Positions 18,494 to 28,764 of a stretch of DNA of 64,000 nucleotides are shown here, in pieces (position 1 is the stretch's first letter; each line of letters opens with the position of its first letter). The DNA lies in assembly GCA_040386275.1 (NCBI GenBank), contig JAZKFU010000003.1, positions 46,554 through 110,553 on the forward strand. The letters are read 5' to 3'. The position numbers and the translations under genes were made by a program. The stretch comes from Patescibacteria group bacterium. GTDB lineage: Bacteria; Patescibacteriota; Minisyncoccia; Phycocordibacterales; UBA918. The notes beneath the pieces are model-generated. The model made no database searches. It was not told where the DNA came from and saw nothing but the letters and a program-made list of their open reading frames with translations.

Positions 18494-20404
18494 CTATTTA
18501 AGCAACAACCTTAGTCCATTTAGGACAACCAACAAAGTTCCTCCTTCATGACCGATTACCCCCAAAGGCAACGGCAAATAAAAGAAAGTAGTAACGATCA
18601 CCATAATGACGAGAATCCCGAGCGCAAAGATAAGATTCTGCTTAATGATACTGTTGGTTTTTTGCGACAACTTTCTCGCCGCTACTATCTTTTGTAAATC
18701 ATCAGACAAAAGCGCTACATCTGCTGCTTCTAGCGCCACATCACTACCGGCGGTACCCATAGCTATGCCAATTTGGGCAGTCACGAGGGCAGCCGCATCA
18801 TTTACCCCATCTCCTACAAAGGCCACTCTGCCCACTGATTTTAGCTCTTCAACTACTCGAACTTTATCTTCTGGCAGTAATTCAGCGTAGACATCTTTTT
18901 CATCAATCCCCACCGCCCGCGCAATATGATGCGCAGCCCTGATGTTATCTCCCGTTACCATCACAATCCGGGTAATCCCCGAAGCGCGCAGGGCAGCTAC
19001 TGTTTCTTTAGCAGTAGCGCGTACACTATCGGCGATGGCAAAAATTCCTAAAAGCGTATCGCTGGCAACCAGAATAGTTGTATAGCCTTCAGTTTCATAC
19101 GCCTCAATGCGCGCTTCTGTTGCATTATCAATCGATACGTTCATTGAGCGAAGCAGTGCCCTATTTCCTGCGCCATACGTGCGCCCATCAATGGTAGCTA
19201 CGATTCCTTTACCCGGTACCGCTTTTGCATTAGTCACTACTAATTCTGACGTGTTGTGTTCGCGAACATACGTTACTACACTACGCGCCAACGGATGCTC
19301 CGAGTGCACTTCAAGCGCAAGGGCGATACGCATTAGTTCTGCCTCCTCCACAGACACAGCTTCCATCGCCATCACTTGCATCTTTCCTGTTGTCAGGGTA
19401 CCGGTTTTATCAAAGGCGATAGTATCAATATGGGCAAAGGTTTCAAGCGCCGCTCCACCTTTAAATAACATACCTTGGCGCGCTGAAGCAGCTAACGCTG
19501 AAAGGATAGCGGCCGGCACAGAAATCACAATCGCACAGGGACTCGCTACGACTAGTAACGTAGCGGCTTTATACAGTGCGTCCGAAAGCGAGAACCCGAC
19601 CAATAGAAACCCAATCAAACCAAGCGTACTTCCCACGAGCACCACTAACGTGTAGCGTTCTCCAAACCAATCACTAAACCGCTCACTCGGTGACCGTTTG
19701 GCTTGAGCTTCTGTTACTAAGGTAATCATCCGCGCGAGTGTGGAATGACTAGCGGTTTGTGTAACTACTACTTGCAACACACCGTGTCCGTTTACCGTAC
19801 CGGCAAACACGGTGTCTCCAATTATTTTATCAACCGGAACAGATTCCCCTGTGATTGAGGATTGATCAATACTACTTTCTCCGAAGGAAATTTTTCCATC
19901 AATCGGTACCCGTTCTCCTGGCTTGATAACAACTACATCTCCAATAACCAAATTTTCTACCGGCACGACAGTAATTTCTCCTGATAGACTCAGACGGTTC
20001 GCTTCATCAGGACGAATTTTCATCAGGGACACAACCGCCTTTTTGGTGTTCCCGAGCGCATAGGATTCAAGGGTTCCGGCGAGACTAAAGAGGCACAATA
20101 AAATCGCTCCGTCACGAGGAGCACCCACTAGCGCCGCCGCGATTGCAGCCAAGACCATGAGTAAATCAATGTCTAATTTACCCGCAAGCAAACTTTCAAC
20201 AGCTTGCTTTGCTGGCGCAAGTCCCCCGGCGAGGAACGACAACCCAAAACCAATCCACATAAACAGAGACGGAGCTTCAGTGACTTGGACGTAGATTCCA
20301 ACTGCTAACCCGACAAAGGCTACCAGCGTTAAAAACGCATCTTTATATAACTCTTTTTGTTCGTCTGCTAATTCTTGACGTAATGTTTCGGCGGGATTTT
20401 TCAT
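18494..20404 (-). CDS. Heavy-metal translocating P1B-type ATPase
   Basis: DKTGTLT phosphorylation motif, SPC membrane motif, VGDGVNDAAAL hinge. No N-terminal CxxC metal-binding domain. Confidence 0.9.
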   Translation of the reverse strand: MKNPAETLRQELADEQKELYKDAFLTLVAFVGLAVGIYVQVTEAPSLFMWIGFGLSFLAGGLAPAKQAVESLLAGKLDIDLLMVLAAIAAALVGAPRDGAILLCLFSLAGTLESYALGNTKKAVVSLMKIRPDEANRLSLSGEITVVPVENLVIGDVVVIKPGERVPIDGKISFGESSIDQSSITGESVPVDKIIGDTVFAGTVNGHGVLQVVVTQTASHSTLARMITLVTEAQAKRSPSERFSDWFGERYTLVVLVGSTLGLIGFLLVGFSLSDALYKAATLLVVASPCAIVISVPAAILSALAASARQGMLFKGGAALETFAHIDTIAFDKTGTLTTGKMQVMAMEAVSVEEAELMRIALALEVHSEHPLARSVVTYVREHNTSELVVTNAKAVPGKGIVATIDGRTYGAGNRALLRSMNVSIDNATEARIEAYETEGYTTILVASDTLLGIFAIADSVRATAKETVAALRASGITRIVMVTGDNIRAAHHIARAVGIDEKDVYAELLPEDKVRVVEELKSVGRVAFVGDGVNDAAALVTAQIGIAMGTAGSDVALEAADVALLSDDLQKIVAARKLSQKTNSIIKQNLIFALGILVIMVIVTTFFYLPLPLGVIGHEGGTLLVVLNGLRLLLK

Positions 20405-20468
20405 GTAGCCTATCCTACCGTGATTACGCTCATATGAATAGATGTCCTCTGGGCGTTATGATGACCAA

Positions 20469-21077
20469 TTACTTCACAAGGTACCGATACACATTAAAGC
20501 CAACAATTGCCCCAACGACAGGACCTAGGAGATACATGATGGAAATTGCATTAAGCGCAAACGCAACGGCCGGGTTCAAAATGCCCAACGAGCCGGTAGC
20601 GCTGGCTATTAAAATTCCTAGTAGTAATGACCCACCGATAACTACTCCTGAGAGTGCGTTTGAAACTCTGCCATACACCACAGCAGCAATTCCAAACGTA
20701 AAAAAGAAAGCGCCAAGCGCCTCGGCAAAAAAGAAGGGGGCGGCAAATCCCGGTGCTGTAGCAGACGGAATAACCATCCCGAGGGTTCGCACGAGCACGA
20801 TGGCTACCGCGGCGGCAAATACTTGAAAGAATATATACCCCACCGCATCTTTACTCGATATTTTTTTAATAGACCAGACGCCGATTGTCACTGCCGGATT
20901 CAGGTGCGCTCCAGAGATTCCACTAATAGTGTACACAAATAATCCTAACGTCAGACCAGCAATCAACGCGAGCGGGATGGGAGATGGTTCAAGCTTAGAT
21001 ACAGTGGCTAATATTATAAATGAGAGTGCAAACGTTCCAATAAATTCAGCGAGGTATTTATTTTTCATGTGATGCAT
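20469..21077 (-). CDS. MIP-family channel (aquaporin/glycerol facilitator-like)
   Basis: Two NPA boxes (HLNPAVT and ILNPAVAF) in a 6-TM protein. Confidence 0.85.
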   Translation of the reverse strand: MHHMKNKYLAEFIGTFALSFIILATVSKLEPSPIPLALIAGLTLGLFVYTISGISGAHLNPAVTIGVWSIKKISSKDAVGYIFFQVFAAAVAIVLVRTLGMVIPSATAPGFAAPFFFAEALGAFFFTFGIAAVVYGRVSNALSGVVIGGSLLLGILIASATGSLGILNPAVAFALNAISIMYLLGPVVGAIVGFNVYRYLVK

Positions 21078-21177
21078 TAAACCTTAATAACTACCCTCTA
21101 AGTATAAACCCAATGTACCTATTATTTCCATCGGTGTGGTACTAAAAACCCGAATTTTATGACAAAAAATACGTATA

Positions 21178-21600
21178 TTACAGCATTGCGAGAATGTAGT
21201 GGCCAAAAATAAAGAACCCACAGATTAAGGCGGTGGTAGCAGCTATTAACACCGCCGCCGCAGCCACGTCTTTAGTATCCCGAGCATACGGATGGTATTC
21301 CGGTGAAGTTAAATCAATATCAATTTCAATGGCGGTATTAAAAGCTTCCGCACACAATACAAATCCTCCAGCGAGCACCAACACCATCCATTCCACCACT
21401 GTAATTGAAAAGTACATACCCAGAAATATCGCGGCCGCCAAAAATACTAAATGTATCCACGCATTGTGGGTGCTTTTTACAAAAATCCATACTCCCCTCC
21501 CGGCATGCGTAAAACTTTTTGCACGTTTTACTATCGAAAATGAATCATTAAGCGCAGCTGGTTTTTCCATAAGTATTGAAGTTATGACAATATTATACAT
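21178..21600 (-). CDS. dgkA: Diacylglycerol/undecaprenol kinase (DgkA family)
   Basis: Conserved EAFNTAIE motif in a 3-TM ~120-aa core. Confidence 0.7.
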   Translation of the reverse strand: MYNIVITSILMEKPAALNDSFSIVKRAKSFTHAGRGVWIFVKSTHNAWIHLVFLAAAIFLGMYFSITVVEWMVLVLAGGFVLCAEAFNTAIEIDIDLTSPEYHPYARDTKDVAAAAVLIAATTALICGFFIFGHYILAML

Positions 21601-22549
21601 CCATCATTATGTCTCGGGTGAGGGTATTATAGATACCACTCGCAATAAGTTTATTATTAGTTTGATATTCAGCGAGCGCCGCTGTGGTTGCAGGTCCAAA
21701 ATACCCGGTAGCGCCACTAAGCGCGAGCGTGTCACGAGCAGGGCCGGTACTCGAAAATAGTAGGTATAGTTGTAACAACGATACCGAGGCGCCCGTATCG
21801 CCAGTTTTTAAATCTGACATGAGGACACTTGGAATGGTTGCGATGATTTTTTGTAACGCGAGTTGCGCATCTATTGCTGTTCCTAATCCGGATTTTTTAA
21901 GTTCCGTATCAATCGCAGTCGGCAGGTCATACCCTAACCGCGCAGCCTCCATTATTTCTTTAGAAAAAGTGCTGGTGAGAAAGGCGGCGTACTCTCCATC
22001 ATTTCTGAGCTTTTTAAAATGCTGCGGTAAAAATGAAATTTTTTGCTTCAAGGTAAAGTCAGCTCCTAATCGTACATACGGATCGGTAGCTTTATTATCA
22101 TCGTCGCGGACTTCAAAGTGCAAATGGTACACCCCATCTGGAGCATTCCCTGTATCACCCACCGTCCCAATAATATCTCCTACATTTAATCTATCGCCAC
22201 GTCGTATGGGCGCTATTGTATCGAGGTGCATGTAGCGAAAAACTTCACCGCCCGGGTTGGAAGTGTACACAAACTTTCCCGCACTCTCGCCATTTCCTGT
22301 AGCAATCACGGTGGCTTTGGTCGGAGACACAATCGGCGTGCCTTTAGGAGCAAACATATCTTGCCCTTCATGACTTCGCGTCCCGTTACCGCGTGGTTCA
22401 CCAAAATCAGATCGTACTGACGAAGCCGTCACCCCAAACAAAACAGGCACTGAAAATGTTTCCCCGGTAGTCGCTCCATACGCAGTCTTACTCCCGAGCA
22501 ACCCTCCGACTACTAGCGTCAAAGCAAAGGCAAAAATTGAGTATTTCAT
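21593..22549 (-). CDS. M23-family peptidase (LytM-like) with C-terminal peptidoglycan-binding domain
   Basis: HEGQDMFAPKGTPIVSP and GNAPDGVYHLHFEV (the HxH zinc-binding motif). C-terminal YFGPATTAALAEYQ is PG_binding_1-like. Start at MKYSIFAFA. Confidence 0.8.
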   Translation of the reverse strand: MKYSIFAFALTLVVGGLLGSKTAYGATTGETFSVPVLFGVTASSVRSDFGEPRGNGTRSHEGQDMFAPKGTPIVSPTKATVIATGNGESAGKFVYTSNPGGEVFRYMHLDTIAPIRRGDRLNVGDIIGTVGDTGNAPDGVYHLHFEVRDDDNKATDPYVRLGADFTLKQKISFLPQHFKKLRNDGEYAAFLTSTFSKEIMEAARLGYDLPTAIDTELKKSGLGTAIDAQLALQKIIATIPSVLMSDLKTGDTGASVSLLQLYLLFSSTGPARDTLALSGATGYFGPATTAALAEYQTNNKLIASGIYNTLTRDIMMDV

Positions 22550-22615
22550 ACGGTAGTAAGTATACCACTCCCTTCTAACCGCTTTGCAGAACACCACAAC
22601 CCTACAAGAAGGTAC

Positions 22616-23428
22616 TTATTCGTACCAGCCCAATAATTCAACTTCAATGTCTTTGTTCCCCGCCTCAATTAGAGATTTGAATTTTTCTACATCCGCAAAC
22701 CCATCTGGTTGTCTGTAGTGATACGGAATAACTTTAGTAGGAGCAAACGCGAGCACTGCTTGTGATGCTTCTTCTACACCCATGGTGTACGGCAAGTTCA
22801 TCGGTACAAACGCCACATCAATGTCAGTCAACGCCATCATTTCCGGAATTGGTCCGGTATCACCCGCAATATACACCCGAGTATCTTCAACGGAAACCAA
22901 GTACCCATTACCCCGTCCTTTTGCATGTCGACTGTCAGCCGTTTCTGGAACGTTATACATCGGCGTAGCCGTAATAGACAAACCTTGTTCGGTACGCGTA
23001 TCATCATTAGCCATCACTGTTACTCGAGACGCAAGCGACGCCGGAAGCAATTCTTGTACCGCCTGTGGAGCAATGAGAGTAGTTGTGTCTCCCATCACTG
23101 CCTCTAACGTTGAAGTACTCAAATGATCGCCATGAATATCAGTTACCAATACAATATTTGCTGGTGGTTGCCCCGCAAAAGCTTCTGCTCCTCCCACTGG
23201 ATCGACATATACCACTACCTCACCAAACGTCAACACCATCGTTGCGTGCGAAATAGGCGCTACAACTACTGCTTCGGCATTAGTAGTCGCGAGCGAATCA
23301 ACAACCGGAGCCCTCGGGGTTTCTGTAACTGTTTCCGCTTGCTTTTCAGTAAAAATATAATCATTAAGTGCATAAAACCCCGCAATTCCGACCGCTACTA
23401 CGGCCACAAAAATGTATATTAATTTCAT
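22616..23428 (-). CDS. Metallo-beta-lactamase-fold hydrolase, secreted
   Basis: LVTDIHGDH (HxHxDH motif), later D/H ligands. N-terminal signal anchor. Confidence 0.65.
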   Translation of the reverse strand: MKLIYIFVAVVAVGIAGFYALNDYIFTEKQAETVTETPRAPVVDSLATTNAEAVVVAPISHATMVLTFGEVVVYVDPVGGAEAFAGQPPANIVLVTDIHGDHLSTSTLEAVMGDTTTLIAPQAVQELLPASLASRVTVMANDDTRTEQGLSITATPMYNVPETADSRHAKGRGNGYLVSVEDTRVYIAGDTGPIPEMMALTDIDVAFVPMNLPYTMGVEEASQAVLAFAPTKVIPYHYRQPDGFADVEKFKSLIEAGNKDIEVELLGWYE

Positions 23429-23499
23429 AACTCTATTATATCGCATATCTTTGATTGAGTCATAATTTTGACTTACTCTAATTTTCTTTACTCAATTAT

Positions 23500-23534
23500 A
23501 AAAAAGGAGCCGGCCCGTATGCGGGGCAAGCTCC
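23500..23534 (-). terminator. Rho-independent terminator (GGAGC...GCTCC hairpin + T-run on minus strand)
   Basis: GC-rich hairpin ~30 nt downstream of the 23565..23933 stop, followed on the minus strand by TTTTTTAT. Confidence 0.55.
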
Positions 23535-23564
23535 ATTGGCACGAGACACCTCCTAGAGGCCACG

Positions 23565-23933
23565 TTAATCTTTTTCATCACACGAGGCGTCGCTTTGCAG
23601 TGAACCGCCCAATCCTTTGCTAAATAACTTTTGCAGTTTTGGATCTTGAAACTGGGCCACTAGCCCATCAGCCTTCTGGTGCGGAGTGGTTTCAAAAACG
23701 CCATTTCCTTTTGCATGAGCGTTCATGACAGTTACTGTCATACGCGCTTTGCGCACTGGGCGAAATGTTGGAACATGAGACACCTCTTTACCTTGCAAAG
23801 AACTAAGAACTGCTTCTGCCACAGTAGTACATTGGGGTGATTTTTGTTTTTGTACTAATACTTTCTTTCTAACGATGTACCCCAGCACAAATCCCAGCAC
23901 CACCATGCTTACAACCCATTCAACACTCATCAT
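23565..23933 (-). CDS. Hypothetical membrane-anchored protein
   Basis: 122 aa with an N-terminal TM helix. No domain recognised. Confidence 0.4.
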   Translation of the reverse strand: MMSVEWVVSMVVLGFVLGYIVRKKVLVQKQKSPQCTTVAEAVLSSLQGKEVSHVPTFRPVRKARMTVTVMNAHAKGNGVFETTPHQKADGLVAQFQDPKLQKLFSKGLGGSLQSDASCDEKD

Positions 23934-23997
23934 CTCTCCTCCTTTACGTCATATTCCGTCAATTACATTACACCATATTATATCAAAAAAATCAATT

Positions 23998-24927
23998 TTA
24001 CGCAGCACCGTTTAAGGCCGCTTCCAGGGTTGCTATATCAAATTTTTTCATTGGTAAAAAGGCTTGGACCACACGATCAATCTGCTCAGGTGTGCCTGAC
24101 TGCATAATCGTAATCATGGCGGTTGGAGTAATTTGCCAGGAGACGCCGAATTTGTCTTTAAGCCAGCCACATTGCTCGGCTTCTGGTACCGCCGACAATT
24201 TCTCCCAGTAATAATCAATCTCCGCTTGAGTATCACAGTTCACAATAAATGAAACAGCCTCCGAAAATGCGAAGTCATGATCACGAGCACTGTCCATAGC
24301 GGCAAACCATTGCCCTTCTAATTGAAAGTCGCTATACATTACACTCTCCTGCGTATCAGAGTCATTTTCGGAAGGAGACATTACTAACGTAGCGGGAGCA
24401 GCGTTTTTGAATACTGAACAATAGAAATCACGCGCGGCTTTGGCATTACCTAGCGCTTTACCGGTAAACAATATTGAGGGAATAATGTTGGGACGTATTT
24501 CATCAGCTTTTTGTGAGGTATACGATAATTGCCACGAAACACCAAATTTATCTTCAACCCAACCATAGCGTTCACTAAATGGATAGGTATCAAGCTCCAT
24601 CATAATCTTCCCGCCGTCTATCAATTTTTCCCACGCCGAATCAATAAGGGTTCGAGCGTTTTCATAGATTGCTTCGTCAAAAGTAACCATAAACGAAATC
24701 GAAGGATTGATCACAAAATACGGACCCGCACTAATAGACATAAAGGTATAGCCCATGATTTCAAACTTCATAACATCACAGTCTCCTGATGGAGTATTCC
24801 GCATCACGGTGTGACTGATTATTTTTGCATCAGGAAACACGCTGGCATAAAATTCAGCGGCTGGTTTTGCCTCGGTATCAAACCAAAGATGCGGAACAAT
24901 TTTTTGCATACTCTTATTATACAACAA
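23998..24927 (-). CDS. VOC-family protein with tandem PhnB/3-demethylubiquinone-9 3-methyltransferase-like domains
   Basis: KIVPHLWFDTEAKPAAEFYASVF and the repeat IPSILFTGKALGNAKAARDFY are the N-terminal signatures of PF06983-type glyoxalase-fold domains. Confidence 0.7.
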   Translation of the reverse strand: MLYNKSMQKIVPHLWFDTEAKPAAEFYASVFPDAKIISHTVMRNTPSGDCDVMKFEIMGYTFMSISAGPYFVINPSISFMVTFDEAIYENARTLIDSAWEKLIDGGKIMMELDTYPFSERYGWVEDKFGVSWQLSYTSQKADEIRPNIIPSILFTGKALGNAKAARDFYCSVFKNAAPATLVMSPSENDSDTQESVMYSDFQLEGQWFAAMDSARDHDFAFSEAVSFIVNCDTQAEIDYYWEKLSAVPEAEQCGWLKDKFGVSWQITPTAMITIMQSGTPEQIDRVVQAFLPMKKFDIATLEAALNGAA

Positions 24928-24953
24928 TACGACCCTAAACGATTCAACAAAAA

Positions 24954-25559
24954 TTATTGTAGGACAGCACTTCCTATAATGCGACTAGCGAGTTCATCCA
25001 CCGGAAACGCGGCCTGTTCTGACTGACACTCACTTTGGCGCGGTTCATCATAGTTCATACATTGTGGAGTTTTGAGAGTAAACAATACACTTACAACAAA
25101 ATCACCTCGCTTGGTCGCATACTGATACTGAGTATAAGAAGTGCCGGCCGCCCCTTGTTTTGACTCACTGACACAATAGCTTTGATTATTAATTACTCGT
25201 TGGGTGGAACTTGTAACTTCTCCACTATGTGAGGCCATGTCACCTTCAAGACATGATACCGTCCCTTCTGTCACAACTACCTGGGGTGGCCATTCAACGG
25301 CAGACACATAGATTGTAGGGAGTGGATTAGGATAGTTGAATTGAGTCCCCGAAGCAGAAGTAGTGGCGTACACCCAGTTCCAAGTGTCTATACCTTCTGC
25401 AGTAGTGGTTGCAGTTTCAGGTAGCAGAACCGTTTGGGGTGCATCTGATTCCCAATCAAGAATTGTATCTACCAAGCGCGGTAACCAGTAGGACTGAGTG
25501 ATAAGCAAACCAAGACCGATTACAATCAGCACTCCCAACACAATTCGAATTGTTTTCAT
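24954..25559 (-). CDS. Hypothetical secreted protein (N-terminal TM anchor)
   Basis: 201 aa, signal-anchor, several Cys. No domain recognised. Confidence 0.45.
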   Translation of the reverse strand: MKTIRIVLGVLIVIGLGLLITQSYWLPRLVDTILDWESDAPQTVLLPETATTTAEGIDTWNWVYATTSASGTQFNYPNPLPTIYVSAVEWPPQVVVTEGTVSCLEGDMASHSGEVTSSTQRVINNQSYCVSESKQGAAGTSYTQYQYATKRGDFVVSVLFTLKTPQCMNYDEPRQSECQSEQAAFPVDELASRIIGSAVLQ

Positions 25560-25586
25560 ACTTTGAGTATACTCCTCTTTCTCATA

Positions 25587-26123
25587 TTATCTTACCCGTC
25601 TAAGATGTAGATACAATATGATTAAAAACGCAAACGTTACCGCTGACAAAAAAGGAAACGTCACAAAGCCAAATTGATTAATAATCTTAGCGGCACAATC
25701 GGCGCTCCCATCGGCGAGACACGGCATAAAACCGTCCTTTGTTTCCGTTGGTATCATTTGATAGATATAGTGATACACCGCTACCAAAAGTCCGAACATT
25801 GATAAGCCAATACTATATAGTGGGAAAAATACTCGCTCCTGGGCACGCACTGCCATCAATGCCATGAGGGCCTGTGGGTAAAGTGCGATGCGTTGCAGCC
25901 AGCACAACGAACACGGCACAAATCCAAAATACTCAGAATAGACCAGGGAGAGGGCCACACTCCCCACCGTCGTCACCACCATAATCGGCCACACGTAGAT
26001 ATGCACCCAGCCGTTGTATAACGTACTGCGATTCCAGATGTAATCAATTACCAAAACTATCGTCGCTACTAGTAAACCTAACCCGCCAATCGCTACCAAA
26101 AAATTTAATGTGAACAAATCCAT
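25587..26123 (-). CDS. Disulfide bond formation protein B (BdbC/DsbB-like)
   Basis: 4-TM protein with CSLCWLQR CxxC in the first periplasmic loop and a second Cys pair CLADGSADC. Confidence 0.65.
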   Translation of the reverse strand: MDLFTLNFLVAIGGLGLLVATIVLVIDYIWNRSTLYNGWVHIYVWPIMVVTTVGSVALSLVYSEYFGFVPCSLCWLQRIALYPQALMALMAVRAQERVFFPLYSIGLSMFGLLVAVYHYIYQMIPTETKDGFMPCLADGSADCAAKIINQFGFVTFPFLSAVTFAFLIILYLHLRRVR

Positions 26124-26200
26124 ACCGGTTTAAATTATGTAAATATCGTTTGTATTCTTCGAGTCTATACGTACTAGTATATCAAATTGAAACTACCCAT

Positions 26201-26240
26201 AAAAATAAGCCTGCGCACGGGTGCACAGGCTTATATTTTT
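26201..26240. terminator. Bidirectional terminator hairpin (AAGCCTG...CAGGCTT flanked by A- and T-runs)
   Basis: aaaaataagcctgcgcacgggtgcacaggcttatattttt, about 25 nt downstream of the 26252 minus gene. Confidence 0.5.
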
Positions 26241-26251
26241 AGCGATAGGGC

Positions 26252-26530
26252 CTAATCACCCCTACTAGCATCGTACATGTTCTGCTCGGACGTGCGAGCG
26301 TTCTTGACCACCATGGTGTCGCCCGTGCCAGCACGGTGAGAAAGTGGATACACCTGAGGGTGAGTCGCATCCGGCATTGGATCAGACGGTTGCTCAACAG
26401 TGCGCCGAGATTTGAACGTGGCCGGCACATTCAAAGCGTTTTTCTCAGCCCGATCGACAAATTCACTAAAGTGCAGATAGATGATGTACGCCGACTCTGC
26501 CGCAACGATAAACCATAGGAACTTTTCCAT
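26252..26530 (-). CDS. Small hypothetical membrane protein on a GC-rich patch
   Basis: GGAGGA RBS 6 nt before the MEKFLWF start. Local GC ~57% vs ~45% in the flanks. Confidence 0.4.
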   Translation of the reverse strand: MEKFLWFIVAAESAYIIYLHFSEFVDRAEKNALNVPATFKSRRTVEQPSDPMPDATHPQVYPLSHRAGTGDTMVVKNARTSEQNMYDASRGD

Positions 26531-26604
26531 GTGCGTCCTCCTAAAAAACACGGATTTTCTTCTCTAACACTATAAATTAAAAATATTGTATGTCAAGGTA
26601 TCGT

Positions 26605-27042
26605 CTACTTCCGCGTAAGTTTACTCCCTTTGATGATTTTGTTGTCAGTATCAAGCACATAAAGACTATCGGGCTCTGCAGTTAACCGTACATACCGAAT
26701 ATGTTCTCCTTCCGGTTTTTGCCAATTAAGTACATACACACTGGCATCAGTATCGTTCTCAAATCCCCGCTCACTATTCATATCTCCTTCTCGAACTAAA
26801 TCATTAGTTTGTAATCGAAAGCGACGATAGTCCCACTGTTCAAAGATGACATTCACTCTATCCACTCTCGCCTCATAGCGTTCAGTGACCGGCTGATTTA
26901 CTGTATTTTCTTCGTTTGTCTCACGTAACGGTTCTAGCGTTTGCATCTGAACGGGAGGCGTACTTGATTGATTTGTACGCACAACAAACATCACGATACT
27001 CGCGACGAGCACCAAAAGCCCTAACGAGACCGTTGTTCGCAT
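26605..27042 (-). CDS. Hypothetical membrane-anchored protein
   Basis: 145 aa, N-terminal TM. No domain recognised. Confidence 0.45.
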   Translation of the reverse strand: MRTTVSLGLLVLVASIVMFVVRTNQSSTPPVQMQTLEPLRETNEENTVNQPVTERYEARVDRVNVIFEQWDYRRFRLQTNDLVREGDMNSERGFENDTDASVYVLNWQKPEGEHIRYVRLTAEPDSLYVLDTDNKIIKGSKLTRK

Positions 27043-27045
27043 ACC

Positions 27046-27288
27046 TTACTCTAAAGCATCTTCATCATTGTCAAGAGCGAGTGAACCCATTTCCTTTTCA
27101 ATTTCTTTAAATTCGTTTTCAATTTGCGCCAAGCGAGCTTTTGATTCTTTAATAAGCGTCGCGGCCGACCGAACTTTTTCTAACCCTTGCTCGACATCAA
27201 CATTCTCCTGTTCATCAAACCAATTCACAATAGCCGTGAGTTCTGAAAGTGAACGTGTGAGATTAATTTCTTGTTTTTTTGCAACCAT
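27046..27288 (-). CDS. xseB: Exodeoxyribonuclease VII small subunit
   Basis: 80-aa helical protein immediately downstream of xseA, with a typical XseB length and charge pattern. Confidence 0.7.
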   Translation of the reverse strand: MVAKKQEINLTRSLSELTAIVNWFDEQENVDVEQGLEKVRSAATLIKESKARLAQIENEFKEIEKEMGSLALDNDEDALE

Positions 27289-27294
27289 AGTATT

Positions 27295-28686
27295 TTATTG
27301 TACCTTTTTAACCTCGGTAGTAAAGCTTCCGTCATGGACCCGCACTTCTACTGTAGAACCCTCGTGCACATCAGCGGTGGAGCGAATAATTTTACCGCCC
27401 ACATAGGACAAACTGTACCCCAGCCGTAACGTTCGCGCCGGATCAGCAATTTTTATGGCTTGCTCACTTTGGGTCAGTCGCTGCCCGGCGGTAGCAATAA
27501 TGCGTCTCTGCTCGGCTGCTATATACCGCCCGGTACCCAAGAGCTCGCTGTGTGATTCCTTGAGAACCAACCGTAATTTTCTCCGTATCAAACTCTCAGA
27601 TTGCTTCAATCCTCGCTGTACTGATTTCATTTCAGCTTGAAGAATAGTGACTACATTCTGGAAGGAAAGATTGGCTTTAGTAATTATCGTTTCAATGGTG
27701 CGGTACGCGTGTTCAATGGCGCGGGTAGTTCCGGTGAGTTTCAATCGAGCGTTAGATATAATGGCGTCATATTGTCGCAGTAGTCGTGCCTGGCGACTAT
27801 CAATGGTACTACCGACTTCAGACAACCGCTGTTGTAATGAATTCATAATTTTTACTTCAGCCTGTTCAAGCGAACTTTGTAACGTGTCCCAAGTTTCATT
27901 TAATGCTTCCGCCACGGCGGTAGGTGTAGACGCTCCTCGATCGGCTACCAGTTCGGCTAACGTTACGTCCACATCGTGACCAATTCCCGTGAGTACCGGA
28001 CAATGAAAGCTGGCTATCGCTCGGACAACTGATTCCGTATTAAACGGTTGCAATGACTCCCACGATCCACCCCCGCGCATAATCACCAGCACTTCTATAT
28101 CCTGCTTGCGCATGGTTTTTAACGCCGCCAACAATTCATGTATCGCATCTTTCCCTTCAACACGGGAATCAACCATCGTTATCTGAAAACCGTACCGACC
28201 CAAATTTGAATTAAAATCTTGTATCACTACGCCGGACCGCGAAGTAATCACGCCGATACGACGAGGGTAGAGCGCCAGGGGCCGCTTCCGCTCAGTCGCT
28301 AATAACCCATCGGCCTCAAGCTTTATCTTAAGTTCGTCATAGGCTTTTTTTAGCTGTCCTTCGCCTGCATATTCAATGGTATTGACCTTCATCGAAAATG
28401 ATCCGCGGGCGGCATAAATTTCTGGAGTCCCGGTAACAATAATTTTATCCCCCTCTTTAATACGCACACCATTTTGCACGTAGATAGATTTCCAAATAAC
28501 ACACGAGAGTAACGCGTCTTGCGTTGTGTCCTTAATACTAAAGTACACTGCCGTTGGGTAGGTATCTTTAACACTCGTAACTTCCCCCTCAACCCGTCCA
28601 CTATGACGAGCAAGCGTGCTATTAATACCCGACAAAAACTCCGCTACCGATTGAGTTTCAGTTTTAGAATCATAAAACTCTTGCAT
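27295..28686 (-). CDS. xseA: Exodeoxyribonuclease VII large subunit
   Basis: N-terminal OB-fold region (VTSVKDTYPTAVYFSIKD), central catalytic region and C-terminal coiled coil. 463 aa. Confidence 0.9.
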   Translation of the reverse strand: MQEFYDSKTETQSVAEFLSGINSTLARHSGRVEGEVTSVKDTYPTAVYFSIKDTTQDALLSCVIWKSIYVQNGVRIKEGDKIIVTGTPEIYAARGSFSMKVNTIEYAGEGQLKKAYDELKIKLEADGLLATERKRPLALYPRRIGVITSRSGVVIQDFNSNLGRYGFQITMVDSRVEGKDAIHELLAALKTMRKQDIEVLVIMRGGGSWESLQPFNTESVVRAIASFHCPVLTGIGHDVDVTLAELVADRGASTPTAVAEALNETWDTLQSSLEQAEVKIMNSLQQRLSEVGSTIDSRQARLLRQYDAIISNARLKLTGTTRAIEHAYRTIETIITKANLSFQNVVTILQAEMKSVQRGLKQSESLIRRKLRLVLKESHSELLGTGRYIAAEQRRIIATAGQRLTQSEQAIKIADPARTLRLGYSLSYVGGKIIRSTADVHEGSTVEVRVHDGSFTTEVKKVQ

Positions 28687-28764
28687 TACCTTACTGTACC
28701 AAAATTACTGACAATAATAAAACCTGGGCTGTATACCTCAACTAAAGCAAGCTGTTTTTAGCAA

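Noticed and set aside
18606-19655. Plus ORFs 18606..18890 and 19107..19655 inside the P-type ATPase
   Set aside because: Antisense to a gene with unambiguous DKTGTLT/GDGVNDAAAL motifs. A/S/T-rich products typical of antisense frames.
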